Below are positions 38,495 through 51,669 of a stretch of 64,000 nt of DNA, in pieces. Origin of the DNA: Tubulanus polymorphus (lineage: Eukaryota > Animalia > Nemertea); assembly GCF_964204645.1 (NCBI RefSeq), contig NC_134027.1:19368560-19432559 (forward strand), read 5' to 3'. Each line of letters begins with the position of its first letter. Within the stretch, counting starts at the first letter, position 1. Both the position numbers and the translations under genes were made by a program. The notes beneath the pieces are model-generated. The model was given only the letters and a program-made list of their open reading frames with translations. It did not search any database and had not been told where the DNA came from.

Positions 38495-40080
38495 GTTCCT
38501 GAACTTCGCTGAAAAAGCTGAAACGCTGAACAAAAAAAACGCTGAAATTTCAGGGAATTCCTGAAAAATGCTGAAATTCAGGGAAATCCCGAAAAACACT
38601 GAAATCGTGCTAGGAACCGACAATACACGTTTTGTTTCTTTTTCCGGGCTGGTGTCCGCTGCCGAGTCTTGCATCTTGTATCTTCAGACATATGACACGT
38701 GATGACTCGCTAGGTGCTAGCAAACTCTGAGTGCAGAAAAACGCAGACGGTACAAACTCGTGTGTACTTTGTGGCAGACCCTAATGATGTGGAGCTACGA
38801 GCGGCGTTTGAGTTTTAACAAAATGATCGGAAAGACGCTTTGAACGCAGTAGAATCACGACGAATTCTAGTTAGTTACCTAATCGTTGGTGGTAAGCTTT
38901 TTATAATCGGATGGGCTTATACCAACGTTAGGGATGACAAGGGCCAAAACACGGTTGAAAAAAGTAACTCTTTAAAAATATACTTTCTATTGACTTCAGT
39001 CCATAATTAATGGCTTAATTCACAAACTAACACAGGTACCTTTTGAAATAATCCAATTTTATGTATGTTTCGAGAGATTAATCAACATTATTTTGAGAAA
39101 TTAATTAATTTCTCCACAAATTTCGCCATTGGCCGCCATTTCTCTGTATTGCATACATGTGGCATGATAGACAAGGTGACCTACAAGGATTTATATAAAA
39201 CTTCCAAGACGAAACGAAAATTTTTTATTTTTGATGGTTTTCCAACATATATTTCAAATCTTCGTGCTTTCCATGATAAATAATGAAATAATAAATTCTC
39301 GATGAAGGAAAATGTGAATTAGTGTTGATTTCTTAATTTTTTCAATTTCGTTGTTTCATTTCGTTAGTTTGTGCTGTTGTCCTGGCCTCAGTCCACAGGT
39401 GCCAGCACCCTCCACAAGTTTTCAAAATGGCCGCTGTTGAATTGACGGAAATTTACTCTCACTTTACGGCCGATATGTACATGGATTAAGATCGTCAGGT
39501 GAGGTGTCATAGGTATCAAACAAACTACGAATCTGTTGTGCGTTGATTACAACAAAAATTAGACGAATATCTCAAAAGACCAGAAAATGCCAGGCAAATT
39601 ATTCCTAGGTCAAATTGACTCACGAAGATTTCATTGAAAAATGACCTTCCCATTACTGACTGTGGTTTGTGAAAATATCTGATCGTGAAACTAAACCACC
39701 GACAGGTTACTGACTAGACGAATTCATGCATGAGAATGTATCCAGTTCGTATCCGATCCCAATATCATTCTGAAGAAAAGGGGAGTCACATTACATCATA
39801 GACACCTTTATCAGACACTACACGGCGGTTAGCAAGACAATTTTGGCGACATGTGCGACAGCGGTACGGACAGTATTCAGAGAGACGGTCAGTACTTAGT
39901 GAAACGGAGAGTACTCCTAGCACGATTTTCAGCATTTTTCGGGAATTCCCTGAAATTTCAGCGTTTTCTTTTCAGCGTTTCTGTGAAGTTCAGGAATCGA
40001 TGTTTTGGCCCTTATCATCCCTATCATTGATATAAGCCAGTCAGATTATGAAAGCTTACCACCAACGCTTAGGTAACTAA
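38495..40080. repeat. Interleaved inverted-repeat pairs (TE remnants)
   Basis: 38495-38614 is inverted at 39915-39998; 38870-38952 is inverted at 40000-40080; ~39000-39385 is a diverged inverted homolog of ~33465-33870. Confidence 0.7.
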
Positions 40081-40168
40081 CAAACGTGAACACCTGCTGA
40101 TTTCTACGGCCAAGCCAATCATAGAGGATCGAGGCTGTGCTCTCTGATTGTTCTTTCATAACCGTGGT

Positions 40169-40438
40169 CTAGTCAATTTTTCCGGCCTGTTTGTATTTCA
40201 CAAACAATGGATCATTATCTCTTGCAGTAAACATTAACGCTTGCGTTTGATAGTAATCTGATTTCAGCTGAATATTACTGATGATGTCATCAAGCAGATG
40301 AGCTTTAGTTATGTTAGATCCCGGAGCGTCATATTTTAAATGAGTTACATGAATGTGTAAGTGATAATAAGATGGTTGATAGTGAAAATACATTCTCAAC
40401 TGACTTCGCGTTATTCCGTACTTCTCTTCAACCACTGC
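40169..40438 (-). CDS. DCPS: m7GpppX diphosphatase (scavenger decapping enzyme), last coding exon
   Basis: LRMYFHYQPSYYHLHIHVTHL HIT motif, KAHLL; acceptor ttttcag; stop at 40169-40171. Confidence 0.97.
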   Translation of the reverse strand, partial: AVVEEKYGITRSQLRMYFHYQPSYYHLHIHVTHLKYDAPGSNITKAHLLDDIISNIQLKSDYYQTQALMFTARDNDPLFVKYKQAGKID

Positions 40439-42331
40439 CTGAAAACAGAATTTAAAGGTAAAACTTGATTGTCTCATAGACACAAGTGACCATCACCAAA
40501 AATTACATTTTTAACCCCCACCCCATGTCCACTAAAAATCCTTTGACTGCAACAACTTCTCTCTCCCTATCCCATGGACGCTTCCAGTCCCAAGCAAATG
40601 TTATTTATCAGCAATGAAATATCTTAAACAATATGCATCGGAAGAAGAGTACATCACACCATTGCTGATGAATGTATTCAAGTGTTTTTAATGAAACATT
40701 AATGCATTCAAACACTGATGTAGCATATGAACCAAGACTCATGTAAAAATCTGTTTACAGAAAACTGCCTTCCCATTGAAAAGAAATTCCCGTCTTGCAT
40801 GACTATCAAAAATCGAACTTTGGGCACCCACATCAGGGTGGATATCATTATGCTCAACAACCTGACAATTTCAACATTTAACTCCCCCTGGTTAACATAT
40901 ACAGAAACCGATGACCTTGAAACTTACCACAATCATAAAACCTGTTGTTATGCGCAATTCTCATTATCGATGCATTTTTTCATTGTACTTGTAAACCTGT
41001 GTTTCCCTGTGTTTAATTATGAGGTAAGGGTTTATATTTTTCATTTAGTTCCCTATTCAGTGTGTATACATGGATTTAGATTTTCATGAATAGTAGATTA
41101 ACATGTCCTGCTCATTGTGATATGCTTAATCGGTCGCTGTAAAGCAGCTTATATACGAATACAGAATTTCAATATTAAGGTTTTGGGAATTCTTCACAGA
41201 CACTTGTCATGTGAGTGCTGTCCTGTTCAGATCTCCTGATCTTTAGCTGTCTATACTTAAATTTATATGATATCCATAAACTCGGTGAGTGTTAATCTGT
41301 AATGTTAAAGTATTTTGATTATCATATGAGAAATGTTTACAACTGAGATTTATTGTATTTTTTGTTTGTTTCTATTGTAGTAAATCATTTTGACGAGAAT
41401 AATAAACGTATTTATGATAATGGATATGAAGGTTGTTGTTAAAAGTGTTGTTTGGTCATCGGTTACCACACATGTCATAAAGTTTTACAAATACAGTATA
41501 ATCCAAGGGCGGACCTAGGGGCATGTTGTGACCATGTTGACCAATAAAAAGGGCATATATTCTTAATTTAGGGCGGAAAGGCATATCGGCAAAATTTTTG
41601 AAATTTTACTATCATTTTAGAGCTTTCTGAGCATCTCCGAGAGGCATTTAGTCAAGAAACATAGGTTATATATTTAGGAAAAATATCTAATTTTGATTCA
41701 GAGAAAAAAAAGGCACTTTATAATTTCGACCGTGTCGGGTGACACGGTCAAAATCCGCCCCTGGAATCCGCTTAATTTGGATCATTTGGGATCAACAAAA
41801 TTCACCCAGATTATGGGAAATCCAGATTAAAAGTCATAAATCCAAAGGCACGGGCCTACATCAGGTAGTGGGGTTCGGGGGCACTCCCCCAGAAAAATGT
41901 TATATTTGTATGTGCTCATGTGCATTTTCCCTGCATTTTCGGGCCATAATCAACTAGTATAAATTCGTTAATTTTTATGTAGCAACGATCGTCGGAGTTT
42001 GCTTGAGGCGTTTTTCTGGCTTAATTCGGGGCAGATGTAGCCTAGGTTTTTGAGTACTGCTCAGCTGTGGAATTTTTAGGGCTCTGAGATGTAATCCGAG
42101 TCGATTTGGGGCAAGACCTTCATTAACAAATTTGGCCTCAGGAAGAATGGCATTTATATTGAATTTGTGTTGGATTGAACAAATTTATTCCCTGACAAAT
42201 TTTGGCGTTAAGTAAGCAGTGGAATTAAAAACAATGGCAGTATAACGAACTTAGACCGAAAAATCCTTTTCAAAAGTACTATTTACGTACCAGTATCATG
42301 AAATAGTAAAAGATTTAAAGTTTAAACTTAC

Positions 42332-42556
42332 CACTGTCTTATCTCTAATATTCGTCAACAATGGTAAATGTTTATTGGTTAAGTCTCTCAATGATTTGAT
42401 TCCATGCTTATGCACAATTGCAACAAGGTATAAATTATCAGCTTGACTCTGGTCCCATTTCATATCGGGCAACAAAATGAATCCATTTTCTGGATCACTA
42501 TCTTCAAACACTATGCGTTCCCATTCTTTCTTTTTCTCCAGAATATTGTAGACCCA
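42332..42556 (-). CDS. DCPS: DcpS coding exon (225 nt)
   Basis: [11 protein letters not shown]...[11 protein letters not shown]...IKSLRDL; acceptor tttcag, donor gtaagt. Confidence 0.97.
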
Positions 42557-43052
42557 CTGAAACAAGCAAGGCGACATTACACAGTCTCAGGCCACTATAA
42601 TTTGGCCTTTTTAATCAACGCCATAGAACGATATACGTTCATATGCTTAAGATGTTTGGCGTTCAATTATGCAAATTAAATAAAATTACAAAATTTCCCA
42701 CTTTCAAGCCAGAGAACTGAGGGTATTGACCAAAAATTTGCCACAATAACTTTCTGCTCGATAACTCTCTGCTAGCCCACCTTCTGATTATTCATGAGCA
42801 ATTTCAGCGTTAAATTCACAGCAGTTATCAGATGTTCCAAAGGTTCTCTTACGTTTGCAACCATTTCAAAACTAAGAGATTAACTGACATTTCGACTTAA
42901 TCGTATGAGCCATTTCAAAACCTTATCAGTTTTAAAAATTGTTCAGACACTTCACTACTTTATCACTGCAGCTGTTCTTCATGTCTTTTTCATCAATTGA
43001 ATTATAGACGGTTACTTGGCTATGGAAAACAACCAAAATATACTGTTATTAC

Positions 43053-43198
43053 CTGAATGGAAAAAGTTTGTGAGTGTAAATGAGGTAATGTAATCGTGTC
43101 ATAATCTGTCGCTGTTTCACAGATCAGATATGGCTCATGTTCAGTATATTTATCGATGTGTTTCTGACTAGCTGGATATATAAGAGTCACCTTGATTT
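43053..43198 (-). CDS. DCPS: DcpS coding exon (146 nt; missed by the ORF track)
   Basis: EIKVTLIYPASQKHIDKY...FSIQ; acceptor cttttcag, donor gtaata; phases 1 and 0 fit both neighbours. Confidence 0.95.
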
Positions 43199-43264
43199 CT
43201 GAAAAGATACAAATTATATCATCATAGGCCTACAGTTGACTTGACCTAACTCAAATCAACCAGT

Positions 43265-46200
43265 CCCTTATGAAAATGGTACACGTGTATTTAGCTAAAT
43301 ACACGTGTAATACACGTGTAATATGAAATTACACGTGTACTTTTGACGTGTACTTTGAAGTACATGTGTAAAACACGTGTATTTCTAAAATACACGTGTA
43401 GTTTGGACATGTATTTTGAATTACACGTGTACTGAAGATCTGTATTTTGAAATACACGTGTAACTTAGGACGTGTATTTTAAAAACACGTGTAAATTCAT
43501 GTGTGGCTTCTGAAATACATGTGCAATCTGGATGCATGTACCTTGGCTAAAAAATGTACCTTGTTTCTCATAATTGGTCACTTTTGTAAACTGCAATAAA
43601 ATTTGTAATTACATCATTTAGCTTCACATGATTTCATAAAAAGTAAGATTTTGCATGTAATGTTCGGAGAATTGAAGGAATCTCCTGTCTTTTTAATTGT
43701 TTGATCCTCATTTAGTAGTTTTTTCCAGGATGCCATGTCAAAAAATCATGTTGTTTGTCCTGTATTGACTAGATTGGATCCTGTATGAATGAAGCACATG
43801 TCTTTGTTGCCCTCTGAATAAATCCAAAAACTGTTTCACAAAAATCATGATCTGAACAAAAAATTTTGGATATTTCATTTATTATCAAGATAACTAGAGG
43901 CTTAGGGGACTGCCCAAGCCCCGAATTACAATGTTATTTATGAAAAATTTTGAATATATTGCTGTCACCAGCTCCAAGTGTTCTGCTTTCCTTGTAGGCC
44001 CATACACAAAAAATGTCCTTTTTCCTCTAATGTTGCCTTATCGTACTGTATATCACATAATGAACATTTGTATCATACCTGCAGTTTTTTTAATAATGTC
44101 TTACATACAGCGCAGTAATATTGGTCAAGTTCATATCGGATGAGTAGATTGGCAATTATGATTGCATTCACTTTAGTCATAAGGCACTGTATTACTAACT
44201 TACGTCGTCACAACCATTGTCTGCATTATTGGTGGATTGTGGCCATTTTCAATTCTTAAATCTTCCAGATTCTCAAAATCGACTTCTTGAAAAATCATAA
44301 TGTCCATCATTTAGCAACATATTACAAACTACAAAACAAGAAGTAATTTGAGAATAAATTATTCCCAAGCATATAGAACTTAAGGCTACAGTAGGCCTAT
44401 ACGTAGGTTGGTTTCCAGCTAGCGATTTCGTAGCCTATTGTTGCGATGAACATGCATAACGTACCAGATCGGACCTGGATATTTTGTCTGTAAGGGCTTA
44501 TATACGAAATACCTAGCATTGTCTATCATACATTATCCATTATATATGTATACACCATATTTTGTATGTTATACACATAAAAAGTATGTGGTACAATGCG
44601 ATCGTCCAATATACAGACACTGAGACAGAGGCCATCCCCTCAATTAGCACTGAGCCCGCTTGTGAAAACTAACAACATTAACATTAAACTAAACAATTGG
44701 CCTATGCAATAGCATAATTCTCCATGTCTCTTGTTTGTCCTGTCAACTTTATTGAACTGTCAAACCAATAATTTACTTGTTTAACATTATTATTGATAAG
44801 GACCAATAAAGTCAATTTGATTTGCTTAGATTTAAAATGATCTTACCTCCAAATGTTTAACATGTAGGCCTACTCGCGTATTTTAACTGGCCTTCTACTT
44901 GCAATTTCTTTTTCAAACTCCATGCTTGCAAAAGACGAATTCGGTTGGTATACATCGATATTTACCGGTAATTTTTCCACTAAAAAGTGCATCTTTATGT
45001 TATTTGTCTTCCATTTTGGAACACTACTAAAATGAAAACCTCACTGACGAACTGACTAGCTCCGATTAAATGGTTTTCAATGAACAGAAAAACAACCTAG
45101 ACAAAATAATCTCATCTAAATGTTGAATTAAATACTAACAGGCCTTATTCATGCACCTTTTTGTCTATTTTTATAATACAGCGTATACTTAAATGATCGT
45201 CATTTCTTCACTGAATCGTTATTTTCAACTTACTTAATTGATTTTGCCTTAGCTTCATAATAACTTAGTATAAGTAATTTTTTTACTAATTAAATATCAC
45301 TTATCGCGATTATTCTTAAATTCTAAAAGAACTAAAATGCTGATGTAAAACTTATTAATAATTAAATAATCTATTTCAATTAAACTCACAAGCACCCCTG
45401 CGCGGTGGCAGCCATATTGCCATTGTTAAGCAACACGTTTTCACGCCGTTTTCACAGGCTTTCACGATCTATTCAGTATTATATTCTCATAATGATTGCA
45501 AAACGCATTGGATGACAATGTATAATAGGGGATCATTGACAACTGGACCAAAAGTGACACTGCTTCTTTGTTTGAGGTGAAACACATAGTGGATCATTGA
45601 ATGATTAGATTCAATAGAGTGGATTCGAATGGAAGTGGAACAGAAAAAGTCGAAGGCCATTTGATTTATTATCCCGCGTTTAAAGGACGCGTTGTGGATT
45701 GTTCAGGTATTATTATTGTTATGTACATGTAGTAAAGTAAACGTTTATTGTGTTGGGCTTCAGGCCACCACAAGGTCACTAAAAGAATATGCTTATTGGA
45801 ATGAAAACTAACATGACTAAGTAAATATTGTAGGCCTAGAATCTTTATTTTTAGTATTGAATTGAATTTGAATTAGTTATGGTTATTAGTAGGCCTTAAA
45901 TGATTGAATGTCCAGTGAAAAAATTGTGAGTGATCATTCCAATCGTGAGGGATAAAAATGGAGTTTCTTTGGTGTTTATTCATCCAATCTAAAAACCGCA
46001 GGATCATTTTGATTTTGTTGTGCGCCCATCATCGCCATTAAATTTGTATGCTGGACATGAAATTAGGTCGCTGTCCGAGTTTCGATTGTCGGCAAAAACG
46101 ACGTTAGTGCAATCAATTCTTGACCATTTTTTTTCAAACTTTATAGGGTCTACACCAATAAGAATTGATCCAGACCGACACTATAAAATTGGAATTCCCA

Positions 46201-48617
46201 TTTTTTGGCTTAAAAATGTGTCCACCAGGGGATTGTTGGAAAATGATGTTAGCGCGAGAGAGCCTTCAATTTTCCACTGATTTCTCAACAATGACAGTGT
46301 GATGAAAATCAGGTATTTACATAATAGATTATATGAGCGTCGAAATGGTTTTAGTATAGATTACAGCGTGAGCATTGTAAATTCTTCTCATTTTAGGATG
46401 CCTACTCACTATTGAATGATACAACAGCTGCTGCCATACGCTGATTATTCTGAAAACCTAATACTGTTGGGTGCATGCATGCTGTCGTCCACTCATTTAA
46501 AAGAAGAACTAATTGTCAAGGCATTGGACTGGATGCGAAGCAATGAAAGTCTTCCATGAGGAAAAAAGTTGGACCCAAACCGGGTCAGCTAAATAATACG
46601 TAAGTACATGAATTCAATATATAATGGCTAGCGTTCATTTGTTGTTGATTTACAGGGGCGGATCCAAGCTGGAAGAACGAGGGTTCAGCTCTTATGAAAA
46701 GGGCACTAGTCAATACAGGTCTCACGGTGTGAAACGGTAGTATGGGGTTTGTGCACTTCGATCATAGGGTGGAATTTTTCACCTGTGATTCAAAAGGGCA
46801 CTTGGTCAGAAAAGGGGAGGGTTTAACGTTTAATATGGCGCTCGAGGCGAACAATCACCGTGTCCTGATGCGTTGGGTGATTCAGTCGAAGGACGTGTTG
46901 GATTCGGGCGATTCAGTCGGCGCAGACCCTGACAAATTAGGTGATTTTACTGACGATTTCGTTGCACAACATAAGTGCTCGACGAAATTGCCTAATGTGT
47001 CCCCAGCTTTAGTCCATTTGAGACTTTAGTCCAAGCGGGCTATTGCATTCACCCTTTGTTCGTCTGTTGTTGGAATCCAGTATTTTGGGAAGTTTTAATA
47101 CTCTTGATATTTAAGTTATACATATATCTATCCTAGCCATGTCTCCAGCCCAAAACTGGTCCGAATCGAGATGGCCAACTGCATTGGCCATTTTAGTTCC
47201 CCAAAATCATCTCTTATGCAATTTTTTGAAGTTTTCAAGGGAAATTTTGAAGATGCTTCAATCTTGACACAAGATGGCCATCATGTGACCTTTTTTGTAC
47301 CCAAAAAGGTCATTTTTGCCTTGTAGCTGCCTAATGGTTTGCAATTTTTCTTTGAAATTTGTATTGGGTGTACATTCTTAACAATCTAAAACATACGAGA
47401 CAGATTTTTCGATCAGTCAAGCGTGACACATTTGGCAGCCATCTTAGTGTCATCAGTTCTTATTCGTAGATAGAAAAAGGTTTTTGAAGGAAAATATCGA
47501 CAGGTTTTGACTTATAGTCTTGATATTTGATAATTGTTACCACTGTTGTAGTATTCATCTCATGTGGAATTGGGGTTACCCAGGTTTTTGTTCTCACCAC
47601 CAGGGGGAGTTGAATATTGAATTATATACAATTTGTCTAATTTATTTTTGTACCTATGAATACTTAATAACATCGATCAATTATGAAATTGTAGCTTGTG
47701 ACATGTTCTACGATAGTGGTGAGTTTCAATGTCCTGTTTCTATTTTATTATGTTGATTGGTTAGCATTCGAAACCATATGGGCATGGTGTCCCTAGACCC
47801 CTTGTTTTTCATCAGGTGGCGTTGAACATTGAAATTTCCAGATTGTCAAGCATTTCACCATATGGCTTAAAATCAAGTCATTGAAGAGTGCAAAAACTGT
47901 TAACTGTTATATGCAGAAGACTCTTAGAAAAAGCTACAGAATTCAATCATCATCCCAAGCAGCTGAAATTGAATTATTTATCCGGGTAAAGAAATCATTT
48001 TATACTTTTGCTTAATTTTTTTCAAATGGTTATCATTTCAGAACAATGTCAAAAGGAGAAGGGTGCGAAAGAGGCCAACATAAGACATGCCATTACTCAA
48101 AGATTTATAAAATTTATGAAGATGAATAAATCAGTTAGTATGGAAAATGTGAATCTCTTGAGTACGTTCATTCTAAACAGCACATGGATTAAGGAGATGG
48201 TCCTCACATGGTGGTTTGATTTGAATTCAACAAAAAAATAGCAATTGAAGACACCTGTATTTAGCATGAAGTACACGTGTAAGACACGTGTAATATTGGA
48301 TGAAATACACATGTAATTAGGATAAAGTACACGTGTAATACAAGATGAAAAACACGTGTAATAAGGATGAAGTACACGTGTAATACACGTGTAATTTGGA
48401 TGAAGTACACGTGTAATAAGGATGAAGTACACGTGTAATTAGGATGAAGTACACGTGTAATACACGTGTAATTTGGATGAAGTACACGTGTAATTAGGAT
48501 GAAGTACACGTGTAATTGGGATAAAGTACACGTGTAAAATTGGGCCAATTTTACACGTGTACTTGAAATACACGTGTATTTTCATTTACAATTACACGTG
48601 TACCATTTTCATAAGGG
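43265..48617. mobile_element. EnSpm/CACTA-like (CCC-terminal) element in a DcpS intron, with subterminal ACACGTGT arrays
   Basis: TIR cccttatgaaaatggtacacgtgta / tacacgtgtaccattttcataaggg, 2-bp TSD GT; possible decayed coding remnants on - near 43700-44330. Confidence 0.8.
47010..47810 (+). mobile_element. Degraded HINE-like copy nested in the EnSpm-like element
   Basis: gactttagtccaagcgggctattgc start and gggcatggtgtccctagacccc end match the reverse complement of 53866-55135. Confidence 0.7.
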
Positions 48618-49683
48618 GTGAGCTGATTATTCAAGTTAAACAATGGAATCAAATTCACATTCTGTTGCAATAGTTCTTTAAAGATTTTTGAGTGAGTGCC
48701 ATTAAAATATTTCAACAAATATCAGGGTTATCTACGTTGATCAGATCCGACTTAAGCACAATCTACTGTATAACCAAAATAGAACACAGTGAATAATCTA
48801 ACCCAGGGGTCTTTTGGTACTGGAAGGACCTATGATTTAGCTCAAACTTAGCTTAAAGTTTTCTCATTTTAATATTGGAATCTTCCATTTTTATCACTTG
48901 GAACAGGGTTCTGTGCAATGGCTATTGTATAGGCCTATAACCAGGACAGATCATATCCAATGATAACAATGTGGGTTCGATTCTGTATTCTGAATTCGGC
49001 CTATATGTCTGTGTTATCAATTGTATGATTATTTCTGGTCATAATCTGGACAGCAGGTCAGAATGATTAAAGCCAGTATTGTCCAAATATATCGTCAGCA
49101 CGAATGGAATTAGAGATTTTTCAAATCGTTAGAATTAAAAACTTAGTCAACCTAAGTTAAATAGACTTAACATTAAAAAGAACAGGTAGGCTAAAATTTC
49201 CTAGTTTTGTGAACTGCAATACAGTAGGCCTATTTGTCATTTCAGAACAATCAACTCACGATTACCCGCAATAGGCTACTTAGGACTAACGTCTTTTAAA
49301 GTTAATCCAGGGTCAGGCCATGGCTTTGTTGTCTTTGAGGGGTCCGAACCCCCGCAAACAGATTTAGTTTGTTCCACTCATTTTCACTTCAAAAGGAAAT
49401 AATAACCCATTAGTACTCAAGCCGCCCATATCCAGCCTACCTAATACTCCTCAAGATGCCGAACGAATCCTCCCTGACACTTTTTTCGTCTGCTACACAA
49501 AACCCTTGAGTATTTAGTACAAAATAACACAAACTTGAAATAGGCCAACATGAAAATAAACTGGGAATGGGCTATTCCGATTGAATGTGATAAATTTGGA
49601 TTTTCTTGAACTTTCTGAGGAGTAATAGACACTTTAGTGGAATTCCTTGGTGCTAATGGGTTGCAGAAATGTTACAATTACTA

Positions 49684-49852
49684 CTACAGTGAAACCCGCT
49701 AAAACCAGATATGCCAGATTTTGGTCTAATCCGGATAATATTTGCAGTCCATTTATTCATAATATTACAAGAAAATGACTTATTATCTGGATTTCCTATA
49801 AACCGGATGAATTTTGTTGGTCCCAAATGATCCGAATTAAGTGGATTCTACA
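49684..49852. mobile_element. Tc1/mariner-like MITE
   Basis: tacagtgaaacccgctaa ... gatccgaattaagtggattctac; same family as 8626-8786. Confidence 0.55.
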
Positions 49853-50530
49853 TAAATACCTATAACAATACATGCATAATAAATTTGTTCACATTTACTT
49901 AGAGCTTCATCATACCCATGAAAATTGCTCAGTGGCCATATGTGATCTGTAAAACAGTGACTGAATAGGCCTATAGCACGATCAAAATATCAAGATAAAT
50001 GTATTTTTTTCGAATTATGAATGGAAACGCATGAAATTCTTGGCAGAATTTCTGAGAATCCAAGTAATCAAAAAAGCCTAAGCCGTCCATCCAGAAGTTT
50101 TCATGTAAATCTGTCAATTGATACGATCTCAATCACATACAACTGCATGATTATTCATCATGAATATACATGGTTAGTGGGTTTTGCCCCCACTGACTCA
50201 AATAGACACTCTCCACGTTCATGGTGTGACGATTTCTATACACTGTGTACGAAGTTTGCAGGGGGGATCTAGGGTGTCCGGACCCCCCCCCCCCCCCCCA
50301 ATTTGAAGTGCCCTCAAAATGTCACCCCAAAATTTTTTGGATCAAGGTTCCACCTATAATAATTTTTTCAAAGCATGAAATGACCGAAAGCACCCCCCCC
50401 CCCCAAAATGGCGTAGAAGTATCTTAAAAGTTTTCTGGAAATGAGTATTTATAGCAGATCCAACAAAACCAAAATTCTTGGTCTGTGTAAAACCTGCTGG
50501 GTTAAAAGACATAAGTGTTACAAAGTTTCT

Positions 50531-50700
50531 TCCCCTCGAGCCACATGTCAGTTGACCAGTCAACCTATAGACCTTGTGTGTCCACCCCCAATTACGTACT
50601 GTATGCCCGTAGACCTGCAAACCTGTTCAACGTGTGTATCCGATGACGTGTCCCCTCGAGCCACATGTCAGTTGACCAGTCAACCTGTAGACCTTGTGTG
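50531..50700. repeat. Two 50-bp direct repeats 120 bp apart
   Basis: tcccctcgagccacatgtcagttgaccagtcaacct(a/g)tagaccttgtgtg at 50531 and 50651. Confidence 0.85.
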
Positions 50701-51669
50701 GCGTAGGACTGGTATATATAAAGGTTTAACTTGTGTATGTCATGACTATCATAATTATAGATATATTATACACTCATGCGCATGAATATCTGCACTATTT
50801 TCGTCGTATACTATACTTGGGCCCAGTTTGCTTCATACACTTAGATCATCTGAGTTCATAATTGCCTTCCTAGTAGCAAAGACTATGTTGGATAATGTTC
50901 GTAGGCTTGCATCATTGTTACAGAAGACAGAACTCGATATATATGCTGCTCATTCGTAAATCGATTCTAAAATCTAATCAATACAGGAGCTACGAAACAA
51001 TGTAGATGTGAAATTTCAACGAATTTTCAGCCAAGCTGAGAAAATCTGTCAGAAAGTTGGAGGGTGCTTAATTCAGAGCTGCCAACCTTGAAAAATCCTT
51101 TCAGGGACATTAAAATTTTTAGAAAGTTGGAGGTCGCTTAATTCAGAGCTGCCAACCTTGAAAATCCTTTCATGGACATTAATTTCAGGGACCAGACACA
51201 TTTCTCAGGGACAAAGTGCCAGGGACTTATCATATATACTCGCACTGGGACAAAATTTTATAAAAGAAAAAAATCAAGGACAATTTGATGACACTCAGGG
51301 ACTCAACAAACAATTTGACAAACAAATGCATTTCTGAGCTTCTGATCACAACTTTTATTGAAAATTATTAGGCCTACAACAATTGGCTAAAATAGAATGT
51401 TTCTGGTTGGTTTTGAAAATCAAAGCTCGATAGGACCCCAGGGTATGAAAATTTTTTTTACCTTCGACCGGGGCTGCCTGCCCCCCCCCCCCCGAAGGTT
51501 TTATTTATCTCCGTAATATCCACTGTGTGTAGTACTAGAGTACATTTATATGTCCAGCACAATGAGTCGGATGCCACTGATAAAAATTTTTTACATTAGC
51601 TGACCCCGATTCACCGGGGTGTGCTGGCCTAAATTTATATCGATTTCTACACAAGCATAGCTGGTGAAT

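Noticed and set aside
43690-44330. Exon-like segments on - inside the EnSpm-like element as a functional gene
   Set aside because: Splice-like sites and a CxxC peptide exist, but frames are interrupted; at most a decayed element gene.
48097-48548. Repetitive ORFs (ITRVLH...) as proteins
   Set aside because: They are translations of the ACACGTGT subterminal minisatellite.
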